Source: Prevotella sp. (GTDB lineage Bacteria; Bacteroidota; Bacteroidia; Bacteroidales; Bacteroidaceae). Taken from it: a DNA stretch of 64,000 nt. Made by a program: the position numbers and the translations under genes. Shown here in pieces: positions 1 to 9,617 of this stretch. The notes beneath the pieces were generated by a model, which was not told the origin of the DNA, did no database searches, and worked only from the letters and a program-made list of their open reading frames with translations. Where the stretch lies: the NCBI GenBank assembly GCA_017623155.1, contig JAGAPR010000098.1:6601-70600 (forward strand). Direction: 5' to 3'. Position 1 is the first letter of the stretch, and each line of letters begins with the position of its first letter.

Positions 1-2
1 GG

Positions 3-1022
3 GATCCACAGCCTGAAGGGTACACAGCTCTGGAGCTTACCGCCGAGGATGAGTGTGTGCCCGTGGCACGTGTCAACAACCTCTATACCGAGGGAAATTT
101 CATCAATGACATGGCTCCGTTGTACCTATTCGGGGCGCGCCATTATCACAGCTATATCAAGGGTAGCGAGAAAGACGAGAAAGACGGTAGCGAGACACCG
201 TTGGCTTTCATGTTTGCCTATACACTCCAGAGCGGCACGATAGGCCGTCTTAATGGCGAGGGCATGGATGGCAAGCTTATTGTGTTGTCTGATGGCACAT
301 CTCCCACACTGTCATTATTGTTTCAATTCAAGGATGGTTTGTTCGCTCGATTCTGGGCCGGTTATGATGAAATATTAAGGCATGGCAACCGTGTCGTGGA
401 AGCCAAAGCGAGGATTAATAAAATCGACCTGAACAGGCTGAATTTGCTTGATACAGTATCACTGAGAAATGTGAGGTGCCTTATTGACACGGCCACTTAC
501 ATGTTGCCGGCGTCACGGGAGGTATCTGTAGAACTGAAGCTGAGAACCATCCAGCCCCATGGCAACTATGACATCAAAAAGGAACAGGCCATACCCGACT
601 TCTCGGCTGCGGCCCGTCATCTACAGTGGCGTCTCAAGAAAGATTGTTACACTACCGAACTTGATACAGTGGATGCTCGCCGCCAGGCCATAAATAACTT
701 TAAGACTGATACAGGATATAAAGATCATGGTGCCGAGGGCGATATGTATTACTTGAGCACCACAGCTGTCAGGTGTCGATCCTCGGAACGCCTGTTACCG
801 ACGTGGCAAATTGACAAGACTCTCCCGATACCACCATGGCGAGGTGCCGAAATCCACAAAACTTATAAAGCACGTTTGACCTATGACATATATGAAGTAC
901 ATGATATGTCTACACCGTTGACCCATGGGGATGACATCCAAATATCGGAAGCCCCCATAGGACAAGGCTCAGCAACGGTCGATTATGATGTTTATCTGGT
1001 AGCCCGTTGGGTAATGGATTAG
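3..1022 (+). CDS. Phage structural/tail protein, 5'-truncated by window edge
   Basis: Frame is open from nt 3 through ORF 57..1022; lies among tail-type genes. Confidence 0.45.
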   Translation, partial: DPQPEGYTALELTAEDECVPVARVNNLYTEGNFINDMAPLYLFGARHYHSYIKGSEKDEKDGSETPLAFMFAYTLQSGTIGRLNGEGMDGKLIVLSDGTSPTLSLLFQFKDGLFARFWAGYDEILRHGNRVVEAKARINKIDLNRLNLLDTVSLRNVRCLIDTATYMLPASREVSVELKLRTIQPHGNYDIKKEQAIPDFSAAARHLQWRLKKDCYTTELDTVDARRQAINNFKTDTGYKDHGAEGDMYYLSTTAVRCRSSERLLPTWQIDKTLPIPPWRGAEIHKTYKARLTYDIYEVHDMSTPLTHGDDIQISEAPIGQGSATVDYDVYLVARWVMD

Positions 1023-1060
1023 TCCTTTGATAGTAATAGTTTAATACCGAGCTTTGTGTT

Positions 1061-1264
1061 ATGAAAACTGAAAATATCATATCGGCACCGCGAGTGGAAG
1101 GAGTCGAGGACGTGTTTGAAAAATGGAAACAAAACCATTTGGGAACGTTCTCAGACTTCTACAGGTTTATAACCACGCCATCGGCCGAGCGTGACGAATT
1201 CCTGAAAACCTTGCATAGCGAGACGGGAATACATGGCTCGGCAGTATCTGTAACTTATAAGTGA
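1061..1264 (+). CDS. Hypothetical phage protein (67 aa)
   Basis: ORF with AT-rich leader, tightly packed with neighbours. Confidence 0.6.
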   Translation: MKTENIISAPRVEGVEDVFEKWKQNHLGTFSDFYRFITTPSAERDEFLKTLHSETGIHGSAVSVTYK

Positions 1265-1273
1265 TTAATAATT

Positions 1274-2455
1274 ATGCCTTTGCTTAATATACCCTCAGGT
1301 TATGGTTTTACACGTAACCCGATAGTAATAACAGACGGTTTCCCGGCTACTGCCTATGATAGTCGCGGTGGACGTTTTGTTGTGACTCTCGATGGACTGG
1401 AGGTCTATGTCGGTAGGTTTTATCCCCCGACCAGGATTGACATATCGGAAATACTTGATGCCTATATTGCTCCATTTACCGAACTCAAGGCTGATGAGCC
1501 GGGTATATATCCGATGGAGTGTATTGAGGATATGATGAATCTGTCTTGTCGTCGGGTGTCTATTGAAATGGAATATGACGGACATGAAGGTGTGATGAAT
1601 CTTACAGCTGTATACGGGGGCGTATCACGGCAGAATTACCGACACTACGTCAATGCAGGCACTGATGCGTTTAAAGCTCGTTTTCTTAATCCCAAAGGTA
1701 ATTTTTTCCTGACCACACGTACAGCCGGGTGGCGCATCGTTGTAAAGGAGACAGAGCTGTATCCGTTTTATTTCATAGCTCCTAACGGATGGGGAGATTT
1801 TGAGCTGAAGGATGTCGTCACCGGTGATGTGTGTAGTATGGGAGGACAAGATGGCGGTGTGTGGACCCTGGATCTAAATAAGGTCAGACAGACGTTTATG
1901 AGCGAGTATAGTACAATCCCCTCGATTATTGATGTGTATGTCGAGGGCAATTTCTCGTGTCGAATCATTATCGAGCAAGCCGACAATGTAAGAGAGCGTT
2001 ATCGGTTGAAGTTCCGCAACTCGTTAGGCGTGTTTGAAATTATCGATATTACGGGAATGGCTCGATTGTCACCGGTATATGATAGCGATGATGATACAGC
2101 TTTTAAGCGATATGATCGAGTTACAGGGTGTTTTTATTCTGATCGTGAACGTCTCGAGATGGGGAAATACATGGAGATTGATACATTGGTAACAAGTATT
2201 GATAGGTTGTCTTTCCTTGAGGATATGATATCGAGTGATGAGGTCTATCTTGTAGATGTATACAGTGACCCGGTGAAGGTTATCCCGTCGATAGAGAATA
2301 TGTCCTATAATTTTAATCTTGACGAGCCGGTACCGATAACTTTAAAACTCGAGATGGATCAGTATGAGATTAATATATTACCGGATATATCCTCGACAGA
2401 TGTTTGTCATAAACCACGGGTATTCTCCAAGCAATTCAGTAAACAATTTAAATAG
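1274..2455 (+). CDS. Putative phage structural (tail/baseplate-type) protein
   Basis: 393-aa beta-rich ORF in tail cluster; function from context only. Confidence 0.45.
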   Translation: MPLLNIPSGYGFTRNPIVITDGFPATAYDSRGGRFVVTLDGLEVYVGRFYPPTRIDISEILDAYIAPFTELKADEPGIYPMECIEDMMNLSCRRVSIEMEYDGHEGVMNLTAVYGGVSRQNYRHYVNAGTDAFKARFLNPKGNFFLTTRTAGWRIVVKETELYPFYFIAPNGWGDFELKDVVTGDVCSMGGQDGGVWTLDLNKVRQTFMSEYSTIPSIIDVYVEGNFSCRIIIEQADNVRERYRLKFRNSLGVFEIIDITGMARLSPVYDSDDDTAFKRYDRVTGCFYSDRERLEMGKYMEIDTLVTSIDRLSFLEDMISSDEVYLVDVYSDPVKVIPSIENMSYNFNLDEPVPITLKLEMDQYEINILPDISSTDVCHKPRVFSKQFSKQFK

Positions 2456-2461
2456 ATAACA

Positions 2462-3589
2462 ATGTCAGTCACTTTAACACAAACCGATATTAACACCTTG
2501 ATTAATGTCATCAGAGACGCTGAAGCTCCCGAAAGCGTTACTAACGCTATGGTAGCCTCGGTCCTCGACTATCTCAACATATCACAGAAGACCAATGCGG
2601 AAAATCTTGAGACCGAAAAGTTAAATCGAGTGGCAGCGGTCTCTACCATCGATCAACGTTTAGACCGCTTATTGGGCGATAATGCCTCGTCAGCCATCGA
2701 TAACTTTAATGAGGTAATAGCATTTTTGGAAGGTATCAAAGACAGCGAGACATTGACCGCCACACTAAATAAATTGCGTGAGTCGATAGCATCTACGTTA
2801 TTGTTGGCCGAAGATGTAAATAATACCCTGGAGACACATACCGGCAATAGTGAGCAGAAGTTTAGTGATATGTCAACCGACATCAAAAATAAGCAGGCTA
2901 AACTTAAATCCTCAACCGAGATTACTGTTAATGCTGACAGCTCCTTATCGCTGACAGACAAGGCAAAGCTCGCCCTGTTGATAGACGAGTGGATAAATGA
3001 GATTGGCACCGATGGTGGCTATAACGAGGACACGGGTAAGTTTACCGCTTATGACGTCACGGACCTGACGGCAAGCGAGGTCATGTCGATACTCGGGTGG
3101 CGCGGTGCATACCTGATGGAGAGCGGCATGGCACATTATCGCGAGAGAGTGACGCCTCGGACGGTGGTATCGGCTGAGGGAACGTGGTCGCTGAAAGAGT
3201 GCTGGTTAAATGACAACAACCTTGTGGTTATCTCAAATATCAGAGGTTATAATTACATCACACCTCAGAGTATCGATAGGGCGTGGGCTTATTGCTCGGC
3301 GTTGAGGGCGATTAAGCCGGTGATATATTGCAGTCAGATGTCGTCGTGTAATGATGCGTTTAAGGGTTGTACGGCCTTACAGGAGGTCAAGATTGAGCTA
3401 CTGGACCGGTCTATCTCGTTTGGCGACTCCCCAAATCTGAGTACCGAGTCTGTGGAGTATCTAATCGACCATGCGGCTAATACATCTCCAATAACAGTGA
3501 CGCTTAATGAGAGTGTTACGATAACTCCTACTATAATTAATAAGGCTAAAGATAAGCAAATATCAATAGCGTGGCAAATGAATGAGTGA
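2462..3589 (+). CDS. Putative tail fibre / receptor-binding protein
   Basis: N-terminal coiled-coil with AIDNFNEVIAFLEGI; C-terminal BspA/LRR-like units (AWAYCSAL, AFKGCTAL); followed by a chaperone-like ORF. Confidence 0.5.
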   Translation: MSVTLTQTDINTLINVIRDAEAPESVTNAMVASVLDYLNISQKTNAENLETEKLNRVAAVSTIDQRLDRLLGDNASSAIDNFNEVIAFLEGIKDSETLTATLNKLRESIASTLLLAEDVNNTLETHTGNSEQKFSDMSTDIKNKQAKLKSSTEITVNADSSLSLTDKAKLALLIDEWINEIGTDGGYNEDTGKFTAYDVTDLTASEVMSILGWRGAYLMESGMAHYRERVTPRTVVSAEGTWSLKECWLNDNNLVVISNIRGYNYITPQSIDRAWAYCSALRAIKPVIYCSQMSSCNDAFKGCTALQEVKIELLDRSISFGDSPNLSTESVEYLIDHAANTSPITVTLNESVTITPTIINKAKDKQISIAWQMNE

Positions 3590-3613
3590 TGAGACTATAT
3601 AAATAATAAAATT

Positions 3614-3958
3614 ATGATAACAATCGAGAATAACCAAGTTTACAGCACCGAGGGGAAGATGGTGCATCGTATCGGTGAGGACATTTATTTCCACCGCGCG
3701 ACTGTGTTAACCGGCGAGACAGCCGAAGTGTTTGAAGAAATCGAGGAAGCGCCACGGATGACGCGCCACGAGTATGAGTCCAAGGTCGCCGAGCTGATAA
3801 GGCGTCGTTACAGTACAACCGCCGAGACGGCCCTTATCAACAACTATCTCGACCCCAACCACACCGAAGCCCAAGTGTCGGAGTATATGGAGTATCAAGC
3901 CTACCGCCGCGACTGCAAGGCCAAGGCCAAGACGGATTTGTTCAGAGAACACCGTTAA
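3614..3958 (+). CDS. Putative tail-fibre-associated (chaperone-like) protein
   Basis: ELIRRRYS..TAETALINNY..EYQAYRRDCKAKAK; aligns by eye with 50557..50931, which also follows a fibre gene. Confidence 0.45.
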   Translation: MITIENNQVYSTEGKMVHRIGEDIYFHRATVLTGETAEVFEEIEEAPRMTRHEYESKVAELIRRRYSTTAETALINNYLDPNHTEAQVSEYMEYQAYRRDCKAKAKTDLFREHR

Positions 3959-5105
3959 AATGTATTGTTTCGCTGTGTATAGGGGTGTTGCGGCCTTGAA
4001 GATATTTATTGGTGGTTGATATATCGGTGTGACGTGCCTGGTCTCGGGCGATAACGATACCTTCGGCATTTGCAAGATCTCTAAGCCCTGAGTCTTTGAG
4101 GCTGTAAAATTGGTATTCTTTACTCCATTTAAGAGCTTTGCGTATTTTCTTCCACTCTCGCCGGAAAATCTCACTTGACATTCTATTTTTACCGGGTCTC
4201 ATGCCATCACTAAATAGATAGTAATCGCCGGGGTGATTAAACACTCCTAGGTCAAGCATAAGTTTTACAATCTCATCATTAAGACCAACAAGACCATCTC
4301 GACGGTTTTTTGATACTTCGCCCGGAATAAACACAGTTTGGTTTTTGAGCGATATGTCGCTGATTTTAAGATAGCTTAACTCGGTAGGACGGATAAAGGT
4401 ATAATATTCCATCCGACAAGCCAAAAGATAGTGTAAATTTTTCTCGCTAAGGTATTGAGATAGCTGTCTTAACATCCTTCCGGATAGTGGTTGTCTGATT
4501 TTGGGAGACTCTGTGAGGTTCTTGATTTTTTCGGTCGGGTTAACTGCTATATATTCTCTTTCGATGAAAAAGCTAGCCAAAGAGCTACACCATCCACGGT
4601 AGTTGTTGCGGGTTCTAGGGCTACAGTCCCTATCGAGATGTATCCAATCGAGAAAATCTGAAATAAGCGCTGTGTCGTACTGGTATACATATTTAGGAGT
4701 GACAACTCGAGTTTTTAAGAACTCTCTAAAAATCGTTAGGCGTGAAGAATAGGATTTACGAGTTTTATCCTTATCCATCTTATTGATGTATGCTTGGTAT
4801 TTATCCAATGCGTCGTTAAGGTCTGTATAGCCTCGATTGTCATCTACATTTACCCAAGGAGACCAACCGGCGCGTAGTCGTTTAGTGAGTGCTTCTATAA
4901 GTTCAGTAGCCCGTTTGCGTCGATCAGATATCTTCGAGATGCTGTTGATCATGTATTTTTTACGACGCATCTCTCCGATTGCGGGGTCATAACTTGTAAA
5001 ATCTACATACCATGATTTACCGGTATGCAAACGCGGATAGGTAAATTGTAGTATTATACTACGTGGACGAGAATCGTTTTTGTAGGGGTACATTTTTTTT
5101 AACAT
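3942..5105 (-). CDS. Tyrosine recombinase/integrase of element 1
   Basis: FIRPTEL, YSLKD (variant of HxxR), ARHTDISTTNKY catalytic region; adjacent to att core. Confidence 0.9.
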   Translation of the reverse strand: MLKKMYPYKNDSRPRSIILQFTYPRLHTGKSWYVDFTSYDPAIGEMRRKKYMINSISKISDRRKRATELIEALTKRLRAGWSPWVNVDDNRGYTDLNDALDKYQAYINKMDKDKTRKSYSSRLTIFREFLKTRVVTPKYVYQYDTALISDFLDWIHLDRDCSPRTRNNYRGWCSSLASFFIEREYIAVNPTEKIKNLTESPKIRQPLSGRMLRQLSQYLSEKNLHYLLACRMEYYTFIRPTELSYLKISDISLKNQTVFIPGEVSKNRRDGLVGLNDEIVKLMLDLGVFNHPGDYYLFSDGMRPGKNRMSSEIFRREWKKIRKALKWSKEYQFYSLKDSGLRDLANAEGIVIARDQARHTDISTTNKYLQGRNTPIHSETIHFNGVL

Positions 5106-5193
5106 TCTTTACGTTCCAAAGAATGTTACATTACCAAAATTTATATGTCTATCTCTTATTTTTTTGTCCCGAATTTGTCCGAGTAAAATTTAA

Positions 5194-5238
5194 AAATCGA
5201 GTCTAAGTGGCTGTTGTACTGTCGCTTAGACTCGATTT
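5194..5238. repeat. 14-bp perfect inverted repeat abutting the att core
   Basis: AAATCGAGTCTAAG (5194-5207) / CTTAGACTCGATTT (5225-5238). Confidence 0.85.
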
Positions 5239-5239
5239 G

Positions 5240-5252
5240 GCGGAGAGAGAGG
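5240..5252. repeat. att core, distal copy (3' end of tRNA-Ser)
   Basis: GCGGAGAGAGAGG, identical to 52795-52807. Confidence 0.85.
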
Positions 5253-5348
5253 CTCTCGACCTTTGATTTTAGGCTATTTCAGACAGTATCAGAGCACACA
5301 AGCCGCCTGCGATTTAGGCCTCCCGGCTTTAACGCCATGCAACGGCGA

Positions 5349-6716
5349 TTATTTATTATTTTCGGCTTTTCCGGGTACGTTTTCGGGTACTTCTCCGGAA
5401 GGAGCCACGCCGAAGGAATTAAAGCGCTCCATGTTTTCGACCTTCGACTCGTCCACGATTTTTATATAAGGCTTCATAGCCTTAAAATCGCTGTGCCCAG
5501 TCCAGGACATAACAACGGCCGGAGGGATCCCCAGGCGAAGCGCATTAACTACGAAGGTACGGCGGCCGGCGTGAGTAGTCAAGACTTCATATTTAGGCAC
5601 CACCCGCTCCTGGCGCATATTGCCGGCGTAGGCGACAATATTAACCGGCTCGTCGATACCGGCCGCTTCGGCGGCGTCATGTAGGTGCTCGTTCATTTTC
5701 TGATTACTTATTACCGGCAGGGCTTTATCGCCAGGGAAGCCGACCCCCGCGTATTTTTCGAGTATGGCCAGCGCGTATTTATTTAGCTCGATACGTAGCC
5801 GGTCAGTAGTTTTTTTAGTTACGATAGACATATAAGGCGCCTTCGCGTCCAGATGGATATCCGACCGCCGGAGCTTCGCCGCGTCAGAGTAGCGAAGGCC
5901 GGTAAAGCAGCAGAAGCAAAACACATCACGAACCTGGCCGAAGGAGGGACAGCCCGGCTCAAATTCAAACGTAAGGAAGTGCTGGAGCTCCTCCCACGAA
6001 AGAAATATAACCTCTTTGCAGTCGAGACCCTTAAAACGCGGCCTATAGCTTTCATGAGCCTGGCCGGAGTAGTAACCGTTAGCGGCCGCCCATCGAAGGA
6101 ACCAGCGCAAGAAGGCGACATTTTTAGCCACCGTAGTATTTAATAGCTTCGCCGTATTCTGCAGGTACGACACCCAGCTGGCAAAGTCAGCTTTATCGAA
6201 GTCAGCCAGGGAGACCCCGGCGCGCCACCCTTCTACATGCTTCCGGATCGCCTTAAACTTTGTAAACGTCGCCGGCGTCCAGTTATTAGTAATACCCATC
6301 TCGGCCGTAAATTTGTCGAAGACCTGGAAGAAGCCAGGAGCCGCCGGCGCTTCTTCGGCCGGCTTCGCCTTCGCCCTTCCTTCGGCTTCATCAAAAAGCG
6401 CCTTAAATTCGGCGACCGTAGGAGCCGCGCCGGCGTGATCGAGCTCGAAGCGCGTTAATACTTCTTCCACCGTCGAGGCCTGCCGAGTAAGCGCCCGGTT
6501 AATTTCGCCGGCCGTCTGCCGATAGCTATTTTTAGCGCCGAGCCGGACGCAGGAGTTAGCGGCGTCCCATTTGCCCGGGGCGATAACATAGCCAGAGCGC
6601 AAATCGCACCGGCGCCCAGCCCAGGAGACCCGGAGCCGGATGCCTACCTCGTCGGCAACTTCCTGGCCGGCGTTATTCGGCTTTACGTGCAGACCTATTT
6701 TAATAGAGAACTTCAT
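5349..6716 (-). CDS. Tyrosine integrase of prophage 2
   Basis: TGLRYSD, HAGRRTF, WTGH...MKPY catalytic motifs; N-terminal arm-binding-like region. Confidence 0.93.
   Translation of the reverse strand: MKFSIKIGLHVKPNNAGQEVADEVGIRLRVSWAGRRCDLRSGYVIAPGKWDAANSCVRLGAKNSYRQTAGEINRALTRQASTVEEVLTRFELDHAGAAPTVAEFKALFDEAEGRAKAKPAEEAPAAPGFFQVFDKFTAEMGITNNWTPATFTKFKAIRKHVEGWRAGVSLADFDKADFASWVSYLQNTAKLLNTTVAKNVAFLRWFLRWAAANGYYSGQAHESYRPRFKGLDCKEVIFLSWEELQHFLTFEFEPGCPSFGQVRDVFCFCCFTGLRYSDAAKLRRSDIHLDAKAPYMSIVTKKTTDRLRIELNKYALAILEKYAGVGFPGDKALPVISNQKMNEHLHDAAEAAGIDEPVNIVAYAGNMRQERVVPKYEVLTTHAGRRTFVVNALRLGIPPAVVMSWTGHSDFKAMKPYIKIVDESKVENMERFNSFGVAPSGEVPENVPGKAENNK
5372..5392. promoter_or_regulatory. Putative integrase arm-type sites (left arm)
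   Basis: CGGGTACGT (5372) and CGGGTACTT (5384), 12-bp period; same pair at 52742/52754. Confidence 0.6.
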
Positions 6717-7021
6717 GGCCGCAACGTTAGGATCCGGCCGCGCCCAGTCAGAAGCCAGGAGGCCGAAACCGGATATTTAGACGCCAGCACGGCCAGCGCA
6801 TCGACTTCGACGCCGCTATAGGGACAGACGTAGCCCTCTTTAGGCGTCAACCCATAAGCCAGGCGAAGCGCCCGGTAACGAGGCGCCGAGAAACCATGCT
6901 CGGAGCAGAACGCCGACAGCGACGCCAGCCGCCCGGCGTCGACCAGAGCAGCCACGGCGGCAAAGAACCTGCGGCTCGTCGCCTGCCATACTTCCGAAGG
7001 GGCTGGGCTCATTCTGGCCAT
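6713..7021 (-). CDS. Small HTH-like DNA-binding protein
   Basis: C-terminal YPVSASWLLTGRG typical of Cro/CI-type HTH; 4-bp overlap with integrase start. Confidence 0.55.
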   Translation of the reverse strand: MARMSPAPSEVWQATSRRFFAAVAALVDAGRLASLSAFCSEHGFSAPRYRALRLAYGLTPKEGYVCPYSGVEVDALAVLASKYPVSASWLLTGRGRILTLRP

Positions 7022-7185
7022 ACTTCGGCGGGGGCTTTTTGCTTCATACTATTAAAGTCTGCTTCGGAGACTTCGGCACAGCTACAGCCGGCAAGCCAGG
7101 CGGCCTCCAGAGCGTCAAACAACGGCCGGGGCATATACGGATAAAGCGCCTGGCAGTGGTAGAAGGTATTTACATCTATTTTCAT
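7009..7185 (-). CDS. Hypothetical protein (58 aa, MKIDVNTF...)
   Basis: ATG at 7185 after A-rich leader; overlaps next gene. Confidence 0.55.
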   Translation of the reverse strand: MKIDVNTFYHCQALYPYMPRPLFDALEAAWLAGCSCAEVSEADFNSMKQKAPAEVWPE

Positions 7186-7358
7186 AGTTATTTTTCTCAA
7201 ATTTTGCGCCTACGGCCTTTTCGGGCTTAACTGGTACACTTTATTACCTCGGGGCAAAGAAGACCAAAATAAGGCCATTTCTGCGCGTTTTTCGCGTACC
7301 ACCATAATACGCCGATTTTACTCACGCGGGCGCGCGTACATATCTCTATATATGGGAG

Positions 7359-7925
7359 TTAACGGATAAAACAAGCCCAGGTAAGGAAGATGGCAAATAT
7401 TAGCATAAGCAGGAATGTAATAACAACACCGGAGGTGCTGGCCTTCACCGGAGCTGCCGGCGTAGGAACCGGCGCAATCTCTGGGGCTGCTTCCGCACGG
7501 TCAAGGCAGCGGCTAAGCTCCTTTGCATATAACTCCCAGCTATCTGCGCTGCCTTCAGCCCCAGGGGCTACGACTTTATTTATATCGAAACCGCAAGAAT
7601 TAGCCCGCAAACGAAGCCTCTTTAACGCACCCCTAACATCGTCAAGCCGCGCGACCTGGTCAGCCCAATAAGCATGGCACTCGTTAATTAATTCTGCCGG
7701 GACTTCTTCGGGTATATAGTAATAAAAATTATTATCGTCGTAGCCTTCGGTTACTATACAGCCGCGCCCCAGTAGCCAAACAGCAGCCTGGGAGTTTACA
7801 GCCTTCGGGGCTTCCACCGTCCCGCCTTCCGTTATAGCTTTATCCAGAAGCCCACGTACCTGGCTATCCATCCGCATAGCATTACGCCAGGCTTCAAAGA
7901 TAGGATCGTTATTAAATTCCTTCAT
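7359..7925 (-). CDS. Membrane-anchored hypothetical protein in the lysogeny operon
   Basis: C-terminal hydrophobic helix GVVITFLLMLIFAIFLTWACFI after a Pro/Ala linker. Confidence 0.65.
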   Translation of the reverse strand: MKEFNNDPIFEAWRNAMRMDSQVRGLLDKAITEGGTVEAPKAVNSQAAVWLLGRGCIVTEGYDDNNFYYYIPEEVPAELINECHAYWADQVARLDDVRGALKRLRLRANSCGFDINKVVAPGAEGSADSWELYAKELSRCLDRAEAAPEIAPVPTPAAPVKASTSGVVITFLLMLIFAIFLTWACFIR

Positions 7926-7973
7926 TACTTCAGTTATTACAAATTTCCGGGAACAAGAAGCCTCCTATTATTG

Positions 7974-8486
7974 TCAGTCTACATCCGCAGGGGCAAGAAT
8001 CCCCGGCGCTTCTACTGATACTTTTTTAGAGCCTTCGGCAAGTTTTTCGATTGTTATAGCCTGGCGGGATATTGTAGCCGCCTGCTCGGAGATTGTTTGC
8101 TGTTGCGACTTCGCTAAAGCTACCAAGTCGCGCCTCTCAGAGGCAGCCTCTTTTAATTCATTTTGTAATTCTGTTATTCGCTCGAGGATCGAAACAATAT
8201 TTTCATTAGCCGCTAACAACAGAGCTTCTTCTTTAGACACGAGGCCATCTTTATTTATAAACATGCTTCCATCGCCCTGATGTAACCAAAGGGGATTAAG
8301 GTCTGGGAACAGCTTAAATAATCCCTCTGATAGATTTCCTGACAGAGTTTTAGTCGTCCCTTTTAGTATTTCACGGATAGCCTGCGGCGTCTTTGCACCG
8401 ATAGCCGCTGCAAATTTTGGTATGGTTAATTTGGACGCATCTATTAGAAGCTGGATCCTTTCGGCTAAAGAGATATTTGAAGTCAT
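7974..8486 (-). CDS. CI-like phage repressor
   Basis: N-terminal HTH (IPKFAAAIG...DLNPLWLHQGDGSM), coiled-coil C-terminus, divergent from early operon. Confidence 0.75.
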   Translation of the reverse strand: MTSNISLAERIQLLIDASKLTIPKFAAAIGAKTPQAIREILKGTTKTLSGNLSEGLFKLFPDLNPLWLHQGDGSMFINKDGLVSKEEALLLAANENIVSILERITELQNELKEAASERRDLVALAKSQQQTISEQAATISRQAITIEKLAEGSKKVSVEAPGILAPADVD

Positions 8487-8514
8487 ATAATATTTATATT
8501 ATTAAAAAATGTTA

Positions 8515-8591
8515 ATATTGCAATACTTATATTGCAATACCAAATATTTATATTACCTTTGCATTGTGTTCAAGGAGATAGCGCAAAGTTA
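8515..8591. promoter_or_regulatory. Lysis/lysogeny switch: tandem operators and face-to-face Bacteroidetes -7 boxes
   Basis: ATATTGCAATAC at 8515 and 8529; TACCTTTG (+, 8554-8561); TAACTTTG (-, 8584-8591). Confidence 0.65.
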
Positions 8592-8643
8592 GCGATTTTT
8601 GCCGAGGCACACAATAACAAAAAACACTTAAATAGAAGACAAG

Positions 8644-8874
8644 ATGATTAAAAACTACACAGTAACAGAGATTAACCGTAATTGGCTTATTAAAGTCTAC
8701 GGCGTCGACCAGAACGGCAACCGCATTAACAAGCTCGTAGGCGTTAGCGGCCTTCTGGAGCTTATAGGCCTCGACCTGGCCGCCAAATTCATAGCCCGCG
8801 CCTTCCGCGACATGCTCGACAAGGTAGTATGCAAGCTGCGCCGCGGCCTTAAAATAACCTTCTACGCTCACTAA
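8644..8874 (+). CDS. Hypothetical early protein
   Basis: First ORF after rightward promoter; phage-typical codon usage. Confidence 0.7.
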   Translation: MIKNYTVTEINRNWLIKVYGVDQNGNRINKLVGVSGLLELIGLDLAAKFIARAFRDMLDKVVCKLRRGLKITFYAH

Positions 8875-8889
8875 TAAAACGACACGACC

Positions 8890-9282
8890 ATGCAAGTAGT
8901 AAAAGTAAAAGCCCCGGGACACTTCGCCGCCTTCTGTGTAGCGATTAACGAACCCTTCTATTACCTTAACGGCGCCTTCTACCTTCTTCAGTGGAAGGAC
9001 GCCGAAGCCGCCAAGACCTTCTGCGGCGACAACGGAGTAAGAGCCTGCGACCTCCAGGCGATGACCTTCTCGGAAGTCGAGCTGGTAAACCTGGACGGCA
9101 CCCCGACAGAGTACAACCCCGCCGACGTCTACGCCGAACTCGACGCCATAGGCGGCCGCGAGTATAAGACCGCCCTGGAGCGCGAAGCCCTGGCCGCATA
9201 CCGGAAGGAGCTCAACGAATACGGAGAAGTAGGATGCAGCCGCGAAGCCTTCATAGAAGACTACATCTGCCAACATAGTTAA
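8890..9282 (+). CDS. Hypothetical early protein
   Basis: Packed ORF, phage codon usage. Confidence 0.7.
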   Translation: MQVVKVKAPGHFAAFCVAINEPFYYLNGAFYLLQWKDAEAAKTFCGDNGVRACDLQAMTFSEVELVNLDGTPTEYNPADVYAELDAIGGREYKTALEREALAAYRKELNEYGEVGCSREAFIEDYICQHS

Positions 9283-9303
9283 ACCCAATAACACCCCAAG
9301 ACA

Positions 9304-9606
9304 ATGAACAGCAACGTAACGATTATAGGCCACGCCGAACCCACATATATAACCGCCGGCTTCTTCGCCCGCATTAAAAACGCCTTCAGCGCCTGGCGTA
9401 AACGTCGCCAGGCCGCCCAGGCCGAGACCCGCGCCCGGGAGCTTAAATGGCGCTTCGCCGTCAAGGAGCGCGACGGCCGCCTCTTTTTGACCTGCGACGG
9501 CGTAGCCTTCCAGGAGATAGACCCCAGCCAGCCGGCCGGAACCGTCTGCGAACTTCTTAACGCCGCCCGCTGCGACGCCCAAGCCTACAACAGTATTAAC
9601 CAATAA
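9304..9606 (+). CDS. Hypothetical early protein
   Basis: Packed ORF. Confidence 0.7.
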   Translation: MNSNVTIIGHAEPTYITAGFFARIKNAFSAWRKRRQAAQAETRARELKWRFAVKERDGRLFLTCDGVAFQEIDPSQPAGTVCELLNAARCDAQAYNSINQ

Positions 9607-9617
9607 AGCCAGGAGCC

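Larger units (their letters stand above)
1..5239. mobile_element. Right end of prophage-like element 1 (tail-type genes + tyrosine integrase); continues left of the window
   Basis: Visibly more AT-rich than element 2; tail-fibre-like and chaperone-like ORFs; integrase starts ~135 bp from the tRNA-derived core at 5240-5252. Confidence 0.7.
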
